From an uncultured Anaerolineales bacterium (GTDB lineage Bacteria > Chloroflexota > Anaerolineae > Anaerolineales > UBA11858), in NCBI GenBank assembly GCA_964406305.1, contig CAYORF010000001.1, forward strand, positions 12,819 through 76,818: 64,000 bases of DNA, read 5' to 3'. Shown piece after piece: positions 1 to 9,108 of the stretch. The position numbers and the translations under genes were made by a program. The notes beneath the pieces are model-generated. The model was given only the letters and a program-made list of their open reading frames with translations, had not been told where the DNA came from and made no database searches. Position 1 is the stretch's first letter, and each line of letters opens with the position of its first letter.

Positions 1-312
1 AGCACCAACCGCTACCTGCTCGAACACGGTCATGACAACTCTGAAAAGGCTGCCCAACGCATTGGTGTTCATGTTATCCCACCGGTCTTCATCCACCCGG
101 AAGCAGAGGTGGAATCTTCTGTGATAGGACCCCATACTACGGTGGAGGCCGGCTGCAAGATCTTAAGCAGCGTTATCCGTAATTCGATTATTGAAAAAGG
201 ATCCCAGGTTGAGGATGTGTTATTGAATGGGTCTTTGATCGGGCAGAACACAGTCGTTAAGGGAGGATCAACCTCTATTAACGTCGGAGATAATACCGAA
301 ATTGAAATCTGA
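1..312 (+). CDS. sugar-phosphate nucleotidyltransferase, C-terminal hexapeptide-repeat (left-handed beta-helix) part; 5' end outside the window
   Basis: Frame 1 is open from base 1 to the TGA at 310-312; the track reports only the GTG-initiated tail 109..312. The tail ...SSVIGPHTTVEAGCKILSSVIRNSIIEKGSQVEDVLLNGSLIGQNTVVKGGSTSINVGDNTEIEI has the hexapeptide periodicity of GlmU/long-RmlA type enzymes. Confidence 0.5.
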   Translation, partial: STNRYLLEHGHDNSEKAAQRIGVHVIPPVFIHPEAEVESSVIGPHTTVEAGCKILSSVIRNSIIEKGSQVEDVLLNGSLIGQNTVVKGGSTSINVGDNTEIEI

Positions 313-339
313 AGGTAAATTGCAAACCCAAGGAGTTCC

Positions 340-1503
340 ATGCCCCGAGACTTTATAGCCAAACGAGTAGCTGAACTAAAACCATCTGGAATTAGGAAAT
401 TCTTTGACATCGTTGCAACTATGGACGATGTGATCTCGCTGGGGATTGGAGAACCAGATTTCACAACCCCAAAGCCGATCCTGGAAGCTGGCATCGAAGC
501 GCTCCGGCAGGGAGAGACCCACTATACATCCAACGCTGGGATCTATGAGCTGCGAGAAGCTATTGCTGATATGCTGGAAGAGAAATATCAGATAAGCTAC
601 AACCCGACAGACGAGGTGGTGGTTTCGGTTGGAGTTTCTGAAGCTCTATATTTGGCATTGACCGCGGTGACCAATCCAGGAGAAGAGATCATCATTCCCA
701 CACCCTGTTTTGTTTCCTACCAGGCGGAAGTCCTGCTGGCCGGTGGAGTACCAATTGAGGTCCCAGGTACTTTTGAAAATGGTTTTCAGCCTGAACCCGA
801 ACTGATTAAGAAAGCCATCACGCCCAAAACCAAGGCCATCTTTATTGGCTTTCCCAATAATCCTACAGGGGCGGTTGCCACCAGGGAAAACCTTCTGGAA
901 ATTAGTAAGATCGCAGAAGAACATGACCTGCTGGTGATTTCAGACGAGATTTACGACAGCCTGGTATATGGAGTGGAGCATGTTTGTTTTGCTGCACTGC
1001 CTGGTATGAAGGAGCGCACCATTACCCTGGGTGGATTTTCTAAAAGCTATGCCATGACAGGCTGGAGGGTGGGATATGCTGCTGCCCCGGCGAATATCCT
1101 GGCCGGTCTGGTGCGGATCCATCAATACACGGTAATGTCAGCCCCATCCGTTTCCCAGCTGGCAGCGCTGGTTGCTATCAATAAAGGAGCGGACGCTGTT
1201 GAAGAGATGCGATTGAAATATGATCGCCGCCGAAATCTGATTGTCACTGGTTTAAATGAGATTGGCCTGGAAACCTTTCTGCCTCAAGGAGCTTTCTATG
1301 CTTTCCCCAAAGTTAGCGGGACAGGAATGGATGATGAGGAATTTGCCCAGCGGCTGTTGGATGAGGAAAAGGTCGCCGTTGTGCCAGGTTCAGCTTTTGG
1401 GTCTGGGGGAGAAGGATTTGTGCGCTGCTCCTATGCCACCAATTACACCAAGATCGAACAAGCCCTGGAGCGCATCGCGATTTTTGTGAAAAACCACAGC
1501 TGA
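340..1503 (+). CDS. pyridoxal-phosphate-dependent aminotransferase, class I (aspartate/aromatic type)
   Basis: 387-aa ORF with an AAGGAG SD upstream. It carries the class-I blocks FPNNPTG and the PLP-lysine block GGFSKSYAMTGWRVGY. Confidence 0.9.
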   Translation: MPRDFIAKRVAELKPSGIRKFFDIVATMDDVISLGIGEPDFTTPKPILEAGIEALRQGETHYTSNAGIYELREAIADMLEEKYQISYNPTDEVVVSVGVSEALYLALTAVTNPGEEIIIPTPCFVSYQAEVLLAGGVPIEVPGTFENGFQPEPELIKKAITPKTKAIFIGFPNNPTGAVATRENLLEISKIAEEHDLLVISDEIYDSLVYGVEHVCFAALPGMKERTITLGGFSKSYAMTGWRVGYAAAPANILAGLVRIHQYTVMSAPSVSQLAALVAINKGADAVEEMRLKYDRRRNLIVTGLNEIGLETFLPQGAFYAFPKVSGTGMDDEEFAQRLLDEEKVAVVPGSAFGSGGEGFVRCSYATNYTKIEQALERIAIFVKNHS

Positions 1504-1531
1504 TTTGTTTGAGGTTAGAGAAATGAAATGG

Positions 1532-1563
1532 AAACCGCTCGCCAGTTGACGAGCGGTTTTTTT
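1532..1563 (+). terminator. rho-independent terminator (possibly bidirectional, between convergent genes)
   Basis: AAACCGCTCG - 8-nt loop - CGAGCGGTTT stem followed by a T run (1557-1563). Confidence 0.75.
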
Positions 1564-1615
1564 ATGGGATACCTGATCAGTTTTCTGAATAGCTAGAACA
1601 GAACTTTATGTCTAT

Positions 1616-2107
1616 TTAATCAAACTCAAATTTTGTGGTGTCTTTCATAAAAGCTGTCCAGGCTAGGGCTTTGGTTAGACGGATCTCATATAAAACACCG
1701 TTTTCCCACATTTCAGGAGTAGGTGAGTATCCCAGACCAGCGTATTTCTGAGTATAGGCTTTAGCAACTTTCTCTCTGAGGTTTGGGGGCGGGTTATTGA
1801 TTGCTGATGCTTTGCCTTCCCCGATCACAGCATCAGCGCCGCTTTCCAAATGAATTGCTACACTTGGATTAACGGCGATGTTTTTTGCGTGGCGGGTTTC
1901 CGGACTGCCGTCAAAATAGATCTTCCCTTCTACCATCACCGCCCATTTTGGAACCACATGAGGTCTTCCATCTGGGTATACAGTGCAAAGCCAGTAATGG
2001 ACAGCTTCGGTAAGTTTGTCCTCAACAAAATCCCAAGATAAAAGTTCCCCTGGATCCTGAATATAACCTTCGGGTAAGTGTGGACGGCTTCTTTTGACGT
2101 CTTTCAT
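1616..2107 (-). CDS. pyridoxamine 5'-phosphate oxidase family (split-barrel FMN-binding) protein
   Basis: 163-aa ORF. The central block HYWLCTVYPDGRPHVVPKWAVMVEGKIYFDGSPETRHAKNIAVNPSVAIHL resembles the PNPOx-like fold signature. Confidence 0.65.
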   Translation of the reverse strand: MKDVKRSRPHLPEGYIQDPGELLSWDFVEDKLTEAVHYWLCTVYPDGRPHVVPKWAVMVEGKIYFDGSPETRHAKNIAVNPSVAIHLESGADAVIGEGKASAINNPPPNLREKVAKAYTQKYAGLGYSPTPEMWENGVLYEIRLTKALAWTAFMKDTTKFEFD

Positions 2108-2175
2108 AAATATACCGTTGTGTCCTCCTCACGTCATCGGTCAGGACGCGATGCGGCCGCCGGTCATCGGTCTCT

Positions 2176-2979
2176 TTATTCTATGACCACGCCGCTCAGA
2201 TCATCCTCTGCTTCCGGGTAAGACATATTCAGGTTTTTGAGCTTCTCAATGATGATCGAAGAGATCACCAGGTTACGGTACCACTTCCGGTTGGCGGGAA
2301 TCACATACCAGGGGGAGGACTCAGTGCTGGTTTTTTCCAGAGCGTCTTCAAAAGCAGCTGTATACTGATCCCATAACTTGCGCTCTTCCAAATCTCCCAG
2401 GCTGAACTTCCAGTTTTTTTGCGGTTCGTCTAGCCGGGCCTGAAGGCGCTCTTTTTGCTCATCCTTATCGATATGCAAATAGAACTTCAAGATTGTAGTA
2501 CCTTCATCAGCCAGGGTTTTTTCAAAAGCAGATATGTGCTCATAGCGCTTGGACCATACCGCTTCCGGGACCAGATCGTGAACACGGACTACCAGCACAT
2601 CTTCATAATGGCTGCGGTTGAAAATTACTATCTCACCTTTTCCTGGAGTGTGCTTATGGACTCGCCATAGATAATCGTGGGCAAGTTCTTTCCGGGTTGG
2701 TGCTTTAAAACTTGCCACTTTCACTCCCTGTGGATTAACACCCTCAAAAACATGGCGGATAGTGCCGTCTTTTCCGCCTGTATCCAAGGCCTGAAGCACG
2801 ATTAAGATCTTGTGCTTCCCCTCCGCAAAAAGCAGTTCCTGCAGTGTTTCCAGTTCGCTATTCAGTTGGTGCAGATGTTCCTTGCCAACTTTTTTCCCCA
2901 TCGGGAATATGCTCTTATCATTAGGATCCCACTTGCTGAGATCCACTTTCTCTCCGGGTATTACGCGATATCGTTCCAT
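2176..2979 (-). CDS. ppk2: polyphosphate kinase 2 family (polyphosphate:nucleotide phosphotransferase)
   Basis: 267 aa with a P-loop-like block LQALDTGGKDGTIRHV. It also has FNRSHYEDVLVVRVH and the WYVIPANRKWYRN C-terminal block typical of single-domain PPK2. Confidence 0.85.
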   Translation of the reverse strand: MERYRVIPGEKVDLSKWDPNDKSIFPMGKKVGKEHLHQLNSELETLQELLFAEGKHKILIVLQALDTGGKDGTIRHVFEGVNPQGVKVASFKAPTRKELAHDYLWRVHKHTPGKGEIVIFNRSHYEDVLVVRVHDLVPEAVWSKRYEHISAFEKTLADEGTTILKFYLHIDKDEQKERLQARLDEPQKNWKFSLGDLEERKLWDQYTAAFEDALEKTSTESSPWYVIPANRKWYRNLVISSIIIEKLKNLNMSYPEAEDDLSGVVIE

Positions 2980-3036
2980 TTGATCTCCGAACTATTAAAC
3001 ACATCATGGTTTTGAATAAACAGATCCGGCCGAGAT

Positions 3037-3630
3037 TTATTTTAGATGAAGAATAAAAGTATACCCCTCTCCCGCAAATGATGCACCTTCCTCGAGGGGA
3101 AAGTCTAAATCAATTGTATGAGTCCCCTCCCAGGGATATTCTCCCTGAAATCCGTCCGAGATTACTACGACCAATTGGTTTCCAGTCATTTCAACTACCA
3201 GGACCAACTCTCCGCCGTTTCCATCAGCATCACACTCGCCGGTAATTACAAAATCCAGGTTCATTGTGACTTCGTATGTTCCCCATTCTTCTGCTAATAA
3301 ATCACTGTAATCAATTCCTCCACCACCTTGTATGAGATAAGGTGTTTCTCCCGTTGTCACGGCGAATGGGATATTTCCGACAGCATGGGGTTCTAACCCA
3401 ACAACCTCAGCGGGACCGACCAGCATCTGGACCTCTAACTCTCCTACCAGACCAGCACATTTGGATGGAATTTCTGTAGATGTTGGTGGGACTACCTGCA
3501 TTACTTTTGTTGGGGTAGGTGTAACAGTAGGATCCTCACTGGCTGCGGGTGCGCTGTTGCAGGATGATAATGTCACCAGTCCTATGAGGATTATTGCACT
3601 GAATAATGATTTATTTTTATTGCCCGTCAT
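3037..3630 (-). CDS. lipoprotein of unknown function
   Basis: AAGGAGAG SD. It has a signal peptide with lipobox LSSC followed by a Pro/Thr-rich linker. I recognised no catalytic motif. Confidence 0.6.
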   Translation of the reverse strand: MTGNKNKSLFSAIILIGLVTLSSCNSAPAASEDPTVTPTPTKVMQVVPPTSTEIPSKCAGLVGELEVQMLVGPAEVVGLEPHAVGNIPFAVTTGETPYLIQGGGGIDYSDLLAEEWGTYEVTMNLDFVITGECDADGNGGELVLVVEMTGNQLVVVISDGFQGEYPWEGTHTIDLDFPLEEGASFAGEGYTFILHLK

Positions 3631-3708
3631 CTTTCTCTCTCCTTTATGATAATTTTTCTATTTATAATTCCGGAAAATCAGTCTTCTGTCTTCCGTCAAC
3701 TTTCATTA

Positions 3709-6300
3709 TTAGAGTATAACCGGCGGATCCACTTCCACGATCCACTCCGGTCCAGGATGGTGGTTTCGTATCAGCGCCAGTGGGTTAGGTCCCTTGACCA
3801 GGATCTGCCAGCGCCATTCGCCACGGATCTTGCTAAAATAAGCTGGTGTGGGTCCGACGAGGCGGGTGGACCGAAAACCTTCCTTCTCAATCCAGCCTTG
3901 CAGGGTCACTGCATATACCCTAGCTTTTTTCTCAGCTGAATTGGGGTTTTTATCCCGGATCTCAAGCCGGATGATCTTCAGGAAGGGTGGATAACCTAAA
4001 TCACGCCGAAACTCCAGTTCTTGCTGGTAAAAATCCTCATAGTCATGGCCAGCAGCAGCCTGGATCACATAATGATCAGGATCAAAGGTCTGCAAGACTA
4101 CTTCGCCACCCAGGGGACTGCGCCCTGCTCTCCCCGCCACCTGGGTCAGGACCTGAAAGGTACGTTCAGATGCCCGAAAATCCGGCAAATTCAAACCGCT
4201 GTCTGCCAGCACAACTCCCACCAGGGTTACCAATGGCAAATCCAAACCTTTGGCCAGCATCTGTGTTCCGATTAACACATCAGCCTGATGAGTGGAAAAT
4301 TTCTCCATGATATCCCAATGAGCGCCCTTTTTCCTAGTTGTATCCCTGTCCCAACGCAAAGTGCGAACATCAGGAAGGAGTTCTTTGAGGGCTGACTCAA
4401 CCTGCTGGGTGCCAGTTCCCAAATGGCGGATACGTTGAGATCCGCATTTTGGACAGGTTTTTGGGATATTCCTGCGGTAACCGCATAGATGACAGCGCAG
4501 CTCGTGATCCGAATGGTGGGCAGTGAGTGATGTCTCACAGTGGGGGCAGCGCAGGGAATATCCGCAATCCCTGCAGAAAATATAGGTGGCGCTGCCGCGC
4601 CGATTCAGGAACAGGATTGCCTGTTGGTTCTTAGCTAATGTTTCAGCCAGTTTTTCCTGGAGCTCGCGGCTGAAGATGGAGCGATTTCCGGCTTTTAATT
4701 CTGTTCGCATATCAATTACATTCACCGAGGGCAGATCTGCCATCAGGAGGTCTTCATCCAGATCTTGATAGCGAGAGAATGTGGGATCATGAGCTGCCTG
4801 ATTCAACTGCACCTGGATGGATTCTCTGTGAGCCAGAATGCGTTCTGGGAGGGCCAGATAATTCCAATTACCGCGCTCGCCCTGGTATCGGCCGGTCACA
4901 TCAGGAGTGGCGGAACCTAAAATGCAAACCGCGCCCGACACTTTGGCATAGTAAATGGCAGCATGGAGAGCATGATAGCGGGGGGATATATCTCCCTGAT
5001 AATAGGAATCGTCATGACACTCGTCCACCACGATCAACCCTAGGTCCGGGAATGGAGTGAAAATAGCGCTGCGGGGTCCTACCACGATGTCCAGGGCACC
5101 ATGCCGGGCTAGGCGCCAGGTATCGTAGCGCTCTCCGGGAGAGAGTTCTGAATGTAACACACCAACCCGGTCAGGGAAACGGCTCATGAAGCGAGTCACC
5201 GTCTGGGGGGTTAATGCGATCTCCGGTACCATGATGATGGCTTGTTTACCGGCTGCGATGGTTTCTTCAACCGCCCGTAAATAGATCTCTGTTTTTCCAG
5301 ATCCGGTCACGCCATGCAGGAGATAAGGTTTAGAACTGCTACTTTGAAATCCTTCCAGGATCAACTGCCAGACTTCTTTCTGCCCAGGTGTTAGGTTGGG
5401 AGCTGATTGGGGAGTGATGACCAGGTCAGCAAGTGGGTCTCTCAACACGGGCACTTCAATGATAACGGCCAATTCCCTTTGGATAAGTATCTTGAGGTCA
5501 TTCAGATTGGCGCCGGTCTTATCGTAGATACCTGAAAGAGGAACGGGCTCTGGCTGATCCATGATCAACTGTAGGGCTCGCTGCCTGCGGGCTAATGCTT
5601 CAGGATAGCCTTTCCGGGCCAGATCATCCATTTGATCGTGGGCGGATTCTAAATCCCCAATGAACTGAAGTCGTCGTTCATACTTGGGTTTAACACTAGG
5701 GTCTGCCAGGGTGGACTGGCTCTTTATAATTCCCCTCCGGGTCAGCGAGCCAGCTGTTTTTCGCCAATTTTTCTGAGGTAGAGCCCGGTCAATCTGTCTG
5801 CCGCGAAGCGGGCCCCGTTTAACGAGGAGGTCCAATAACCGGGATTGCGATGGAGATGGTTCTGGAAGCAGGGGCTGGCCTTCTTCAAGTAATATCTCGC
5901 TCTCGCCTGTAAGACGATACGTGCTATCCGATTGGACGCTCAGTCCTGCCGGGATCATTGCTTGAAGGGTGACTCCCAGAGGAGACAATGTCTCTCTGGA
6001 TATATATTGAGCTAGTTCGATCTGCCCCGGTGTAACAACAGGGGTTGGGTCCAATATTTTCTGGATGGCTTTGGTTTGAGTGACGGCAGGTTTTTCGGGA
6101 AATTCAATGATCACTCCCTGAACCGACTGTCTTCCAAAGGGCACCTCTACTAACTGACCCAGCCTGAAATTTTCTTGGGTTTTTTCTGGTAGGTGATAAT
6201 CGAAAATTCCCTGCACGTGTGGAACGTTGACAGCAATACGGGCGTAAAGAAGAGTTGTCCTGTTTTCTGAAGGCATGGTGGAGTGGTTGTAGTTAATCAC
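3709..6300 (-). CDS. priA: primosomal protein N' (replication restart helicase PriA)
   Basis: 863 aa with Walker A GVTGSGKTE and a DExH box VVDECHD. The Cys-rich zinc insertions are CRDCGYSLRCPHC...CHLCGY...CPKCGS. The C-terminal block is PPF..IIRLE. Confidence 0.92.
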   Translation of the reverse strand: MINYNHSTMPSENRTTLLYARIAVNVPHVQGIFDYHLPEKTQENFRLGQLVEVPFGRQSVQGVIIEFPEKPAVTQTKAIQKILDPTPVVTPGQIELAQYISRETLSPLGVTLQAMIPAGLSVQSDSTYRLTGESEILLEEGQPLLPEPSPSQSRLLDLLVKRGPLRGRQIDRALPQKNWRKTAGSLTRRGIIKSQSTLADPSVKPKYERRLQFIGDLESAHDQMDDLARKGYPEALARRQRALQLIMDQPEPVPLSGIYDKTGANLNDLKILIQRELAVIIEVPVLRDPLADLVITPQSAPNLTPGQKEVWQLILEGFQSSSSKPYLLHGVTGSGKTEIYLRAVEETIAAGKQAIIMVPEIALTPQTVTRFMSRFPDRVGVLHSELSPGERYDTWRLARHGALDIVVGPRSAIFTPFPDLGLIVVDECHDDSYYQGDISPRYHALHAAIYYAKVSGAVCILGSATPDVTGRYQGERGNWNYLALPERILAHRESIQVQLNQAAHDPTFSRYQDLDEDLLMADLPSVNVIDMRTELKAGNRSIFSRELQEKLAETLAKNQQAILFLNRRGSATYIFCRDCGYSLRCPHCETSLTAHHSDHELRCHLCGYRRNIPKTCPKCGSQRIRHLGTGTQQVESALKELLPDVRTLRWDRDTTRKKGAHWDIMEKFSTHQADVLIGTQMLAKGLDLPLVTLVGVVLADSGLNLPDFRASERTFQVLTQVAGRAGRSPLGGEVVLQTFDPDHYVIQAAAGHDYEDFYQQELEFRRDLGYPPFLKIIRLEIRDKNPNSAEKKARVYAVTLQGWIEKEGFRSTRLVGPTPAYFSKIRGEWRWQILVKGPNPLALIRNHHPGPEWIVEVDPPVIL

Positions 6301-7138
6301 GGGTTAGAACAGCAGAAGTATATCCCACCACGCTGGTATTGTCGCCAGTAATATCACCTGAATGGGCATAATTTAATATATGAGCCGTAGCGCTTCCACC
6401 TGTTTTTACAGCCCAGATCACAGCCGCTAATGCTCCCAACCCGCAGGCAGATCCTTTGTTTTCCTGCTGGGCTTGATAAAGGCTCTCTGGATCCAGTGAC
6501 TGAATGCCCTGGATGATGGTCTGGTCCAGTTGATTGGCTTTTTCAGCCGTTTGGAAATGGGATAGATCTGTGCTGGCGACTAATAATCCTTTCCTGGAAA
6601 ACATAAGTTCTGCCAGGACCTCGCCCAATGACTGCATCAGGTCAGGGTCTTGCTGGCGGAGCATTAATGGGAGAATTGTAAATTCACTCTGCAGGGCTCG
6701 CTGCAAAAAGGGCAATATGATCTCAACTGCATGTTCACTATCGTTGCGGACCTCGCTCAACTCCACCCCGGATTTTTCTCGCAGTAACTGATTAACAAAT
6801 TCTATACTACCCCGGTCCACGGGGACCTTTCCCAGGGGCGTTTGATAGGCTTGATGCCCGCTGGTCAGGATGGCACCCGGATGATACTGATGGAAGGGGG
6901 ATAAGATCACAACTAGCTCAGGATGCAGCCTTGCGATACTTTTGAATGCATATCCAGCAACCGGTCCGGAATAGAGATGCCCGGCATGAGGGGAGATCAG
7001 GGCCAAGATCTCTCCCTTGATCTCAGGGATCTGAGCCGCCTGGATGTAGCCGTCTACTGACTCCGCCAGTTTTTTAGGATGGGCGGGATACCAGCGGCCT
7101 GCCAGGGGAGATGGTCGTATATCTGTGATTTGGTTCAT
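6293..7138 (-). CDS. amrB: AmmeMemoRadiSam system protein B (MEMO1 family)
   Basis: 281 aa with the MEMO-type blocks ISPHAGHLYSGPVAGYAF, ASTDLSHF and GSACGLG. The stop overlaps the priA start by 8 nt. Confidence 0.8.
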   Translation of the reverse strand: MNQITDIRPSPLAGRWYPAHPKKLAESVDGYIQAAQIPEIKGEILALISPHAGHLYSGPVAGYAFKSIARLHPELVVILSPFHQYHPGAILTSGHQAYQTPLGKVPVDRGSIEFVNQLLREKSGVELSEVRNDSEHAVEIILPFLQRALQSEFTILPLMLRQQDPDLMQSLGEVLAELMFSRKGLLVASTDLSHFQTAEKANQLDQTIIQGIQSLDPESLYQAQQENKGSACGLGALAAVIWAVKTGGSATAHILNYAHSGDITGDNTSVVGYTSAVLTRD

Positions 7139-7219
7139 AGGTCTATTCCGATTGTAGCACAGGTATTTCTTTGACGCTGAACATAAAAAGATGGCCCAAA
7201 AAACCCTCCGATTCCCTTG

Positions 7220-7228
7220 TGTTATACT
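7220..7228 (+). promoter_or_regulatory. extended -10 promoter element (TGtTATACT)
   Basis: TGTTATACT lies 34 nt upstream of the ATG at 7262. An AAGGGAG SD lies between them. Confidence 0.4.
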
Positions 7229-7261
7229 TCTTTGAAACCGATTCTAAGGGAGATTTTTAAT

Positions 7262-7513
7262 ATGTGTAAGATATCCATTGAATTTTGTGTGCCTTGAAAT
7301 TACCATCCTCGAGCTTTCAGTTTGGAAGCTGCATTTAAAAAACAATACCCAGATATTATCTCTGAAATTGAGTTGATAGAATCTGCCGGGGGAGCTTTTG
7401 AGATCAAGGTTGATGGGGACTTGATCTATTCGAAATTGGAAACCGGCCGCCATGCGGATCCGCCAGAAATTTTAGGTTTGTTTAAAGCGTATATTGAGGA
7501 GCAAGTTGAATGA
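7262..7513 (+). CDS. SelW/Rdx-family selenoprotein (CxxU), in-frame UGA at 7295-7297
   Basis: The ATG at 7262 (SD AAGGGAG) is in the same frame as track ORF 7322..7513. Translation gives MCKISIEFCVP-U-NYHPRAFSLEAAFKKQYPDIISEIELIESAGGAFEIKVDGDLIYSKLETGRHADPPEIL... TGA falls in CVPU, where Rdx proteins carry CxxC/CxxU. The GGxFE(I/V).VDG.LI(Y/W)SK..GR block is the family signature. The stop overlaps the trpS ATG (ATGA). Confidence 0.8.
7312..7330 (+). promoter_or_regulatory. candidate bacterial SECIS hairpin
   Basis: The stem is AGCUUUC / GGAAGCU (7 pairs including one G-U) with loop AGUUU. It starts 14 nt after the UGA, and a G is at loop position 2. It was found by eye only. Confidence 0.4.
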
Positions 7514-8511
7514 CAGCTAAAAAAGGCAGGGTTTTCTCAGGCGCTAGGCCGACAGGCCGACAGCATCTGGGCAATTACTTGGGCGCGATCAAAAATTATG
7601 TGGCCATGCAGGAGGATTACCGCACTGTTTATTGCATCGTGGATATCCATGCTCTGACCACAGTTGAAACCACCAAAGATCTGGCGTTTAATACACAGGA
7701 AATGGCCCTGGATTGGCTGGCGGCGGGTATGGACCCCAAACAAAGCATTATTTTCATCCAGTCCCATGTCCCGGAAGTTACGGAATTACATACTATTCTG
7801 TCTATGGTGACCCCCTTGGGAAAGTTGACCGCCCTTCCGACCTTTAAGGAAAAAGTGCGTGATAACCCCGATAATGTGAACTATGGATTGGTTGGTTATC
7901 CTGTTTTGATGTCTGCCGATATTTTGCTTTATAAGGCGGATGCAGTGCCAGTGGGCACGGATCAGATTCCACACCTTGAGTTTGCCAGGGAAGTGGTGCG
8001 TTCATTCAATTTCCAATACGGGACTGACGTTCTGGTCGAACCCCAGGCGGTGATTACCAAAACACCTAAAGTTCTGGGTATTGATGGCGAACGCAAGATG
8101 AGCAAAAGTCTCAATAATCACATCGAGCTGGCTGCAACTCCCGAAGAAACAGAAAAACGGGTCATGAGTATGGTGACCGATCCTCAACGGCAGCGCCTCA
8201 GCGACCCGGGTAATCCTGATGTCTGTAATGTTTACACGCTACACAAAATCTTCTCGCCGGCAGATGAGGTTGAGGGCATAAACAAGGACTGCCGCAGTGC
8301 GGATATTGGATGTGTGGATTGTAAACGGATGTTGGCAGCCAATTTGAATAAACACCTTGAACCTTTCAGGGCCAAAAGAAAAGATCTGGAAGGGGATCCG
8401 GATTACGTCAGGGATGTCCTTCTGGACGGCGCCAAGCGAGCCAAAGTGATCGCCTCTGAAACCATGGCAGAAGTGCGGGAAGCGATCGGGTTTTATAGTA
8501 CTAAGGGATAA
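7510..8511 (+). CDS. trpS: tryptophan--tRNA ligase
   Basis: 333 aa class-I aaRS with a HIGH-type block (TGRQHLGNYLG) and KMSKS. Overall architecture is TrpRS-like. Confidence 0.95.
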   Translation: MTAKKGRVFSGARPTGRQHLGNYLGAIKNYVAMQEDYRTVYCIVDIHALTTVETTKDLAFNTQEMALDWLAAGMDPKQSIIFIQSHVPEVTELHTILSMVTPLGKLTALPTFKEKVRDNPDNVNYGLVGYPVLMSADILLYKADAVPVGTDQIPHLEFAREVVRSFNFQYGTDVLVEPQAVITKTPKVLGIDGERKMSKSLNNHIELAATPEETEKRVMSMVTDPQRQRLSDPGNPDVCNVYTLHKIFSPADEVEGINKDCRSADIGCVDCKRMLAANLNKHLEPFRAKRKDLEGDPDYVRDVLLDGAKRAKVIASETMAEVREAIGFYSTKG

Positions 8512-8514
8512 AAA

Positions 8515-8952
8515 TTGAAAGCGATCCTTCAGCGGGTTCAGTTAGGAAGTGTCTCGGTAGGTGGGAAAAAGATAGCCGAGATCCAGGCTGGCCTGGTGAT
8601 CCTGCTGGGAGTTGGCCCTTCTGATACAGAGGTCGAAGCGAATAAGTTGGCCCTGAAATTGGCCCAGATGAGAATTTTCCCGGACGAGAATGGGAAAATG
8701 AATCTCTCTCTGCTGGATGTAGGCGGAGAGGCCCTGGTTGTGCCTCAATTTACCCTATTCGCAGACACCAAAAAAGGACATCGGCCCTCATTTGTCAGTG
8801 CCGGTCCTTCGGAAATCGCTAAACCACTCACAGTTTATTTTGCTTCGGTGCTTCGAGAGCTGGGGGTTCCCACTCAAGAGGGAGAGTTTGGAGCTCATAT
8901 GTTGGTCGAGATCCACAATGATGGACCAGTGACGATTGAGGTGGAGATATAG
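8515..8952 (+). CDS. dtd: D-aminoacyl-tRNA deacylase
   Basis: 145 aa. The N-terminus MKAILQRV, the SQFTL-like block VPQFTLFADTKKGHRPSF and the C-terminal NDGPVT match Dtd. Confidence 0.9.
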   Translation: MKAILQRVQLGSVSVGGKKIAEIQAGLVILLGVGPSDTEVEANKLALKLAQMRIFPDENGKMNLSLLDVGGEALVVPQFTLFADTKKGHRPSFVSAGPSEIAKPLTVYFASVLRELGVPTQEGEFGAHMLVEIHNDGPVTIEVEI

Positions 8953-9048
8953 CGGATGCTCTGCATCCGGACCGGAGTGAAGCTTCGCTTCATGACCGAT
9001 GACGGTGGACGGGAAGAGAGTTCATCCGGAGAAATATTTGATATATAG

Positions 9049-9075
9049 GGACGACGCACCGCGTCGTCCTTTTTT
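9049..9075 (+). terminator. rho-independent terminator of the selW-like/trpS/dtd operon
   Basis: GGACGACGC-ACC-GCGTCGTCC stem followed by TTTTTT. Confidence 0.8.
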
Positions 9076-9108
9076 CTTAAGTTGAGATATTGAGGAGTGA
9101 AGATCAAA

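Noticed and set aside
69-494. Many 60-180-aa track ORFs lie antisense to or out of frame within long genes. Examples are 69..494, 646..924, 3987..4310, 10744..11052, 11387..11881, 24293..24775, 26963..27499, 39863..40390, 40632..40952, 51802..52248, 55356..55763 and 62571..62972.
   Set aside because: They are fully embedded in well-supported longer genes with recognisable motifs. They lack SDs and have low-complexity or Arg/Ser/Pro-rich shadow-frame composition.
2133-2172. The 10-mer GTCATCGGTC occurs twice at 2133-2142 and 2163-2172, and its complement occurs at 8994-9003. This could be a repeat family.
   Set aside because: A back-of-envelope expectation shows that 10-12-mer coincidences of this kind are common by chance in 64 kb on both strands, and the flanks show no extended similarity.
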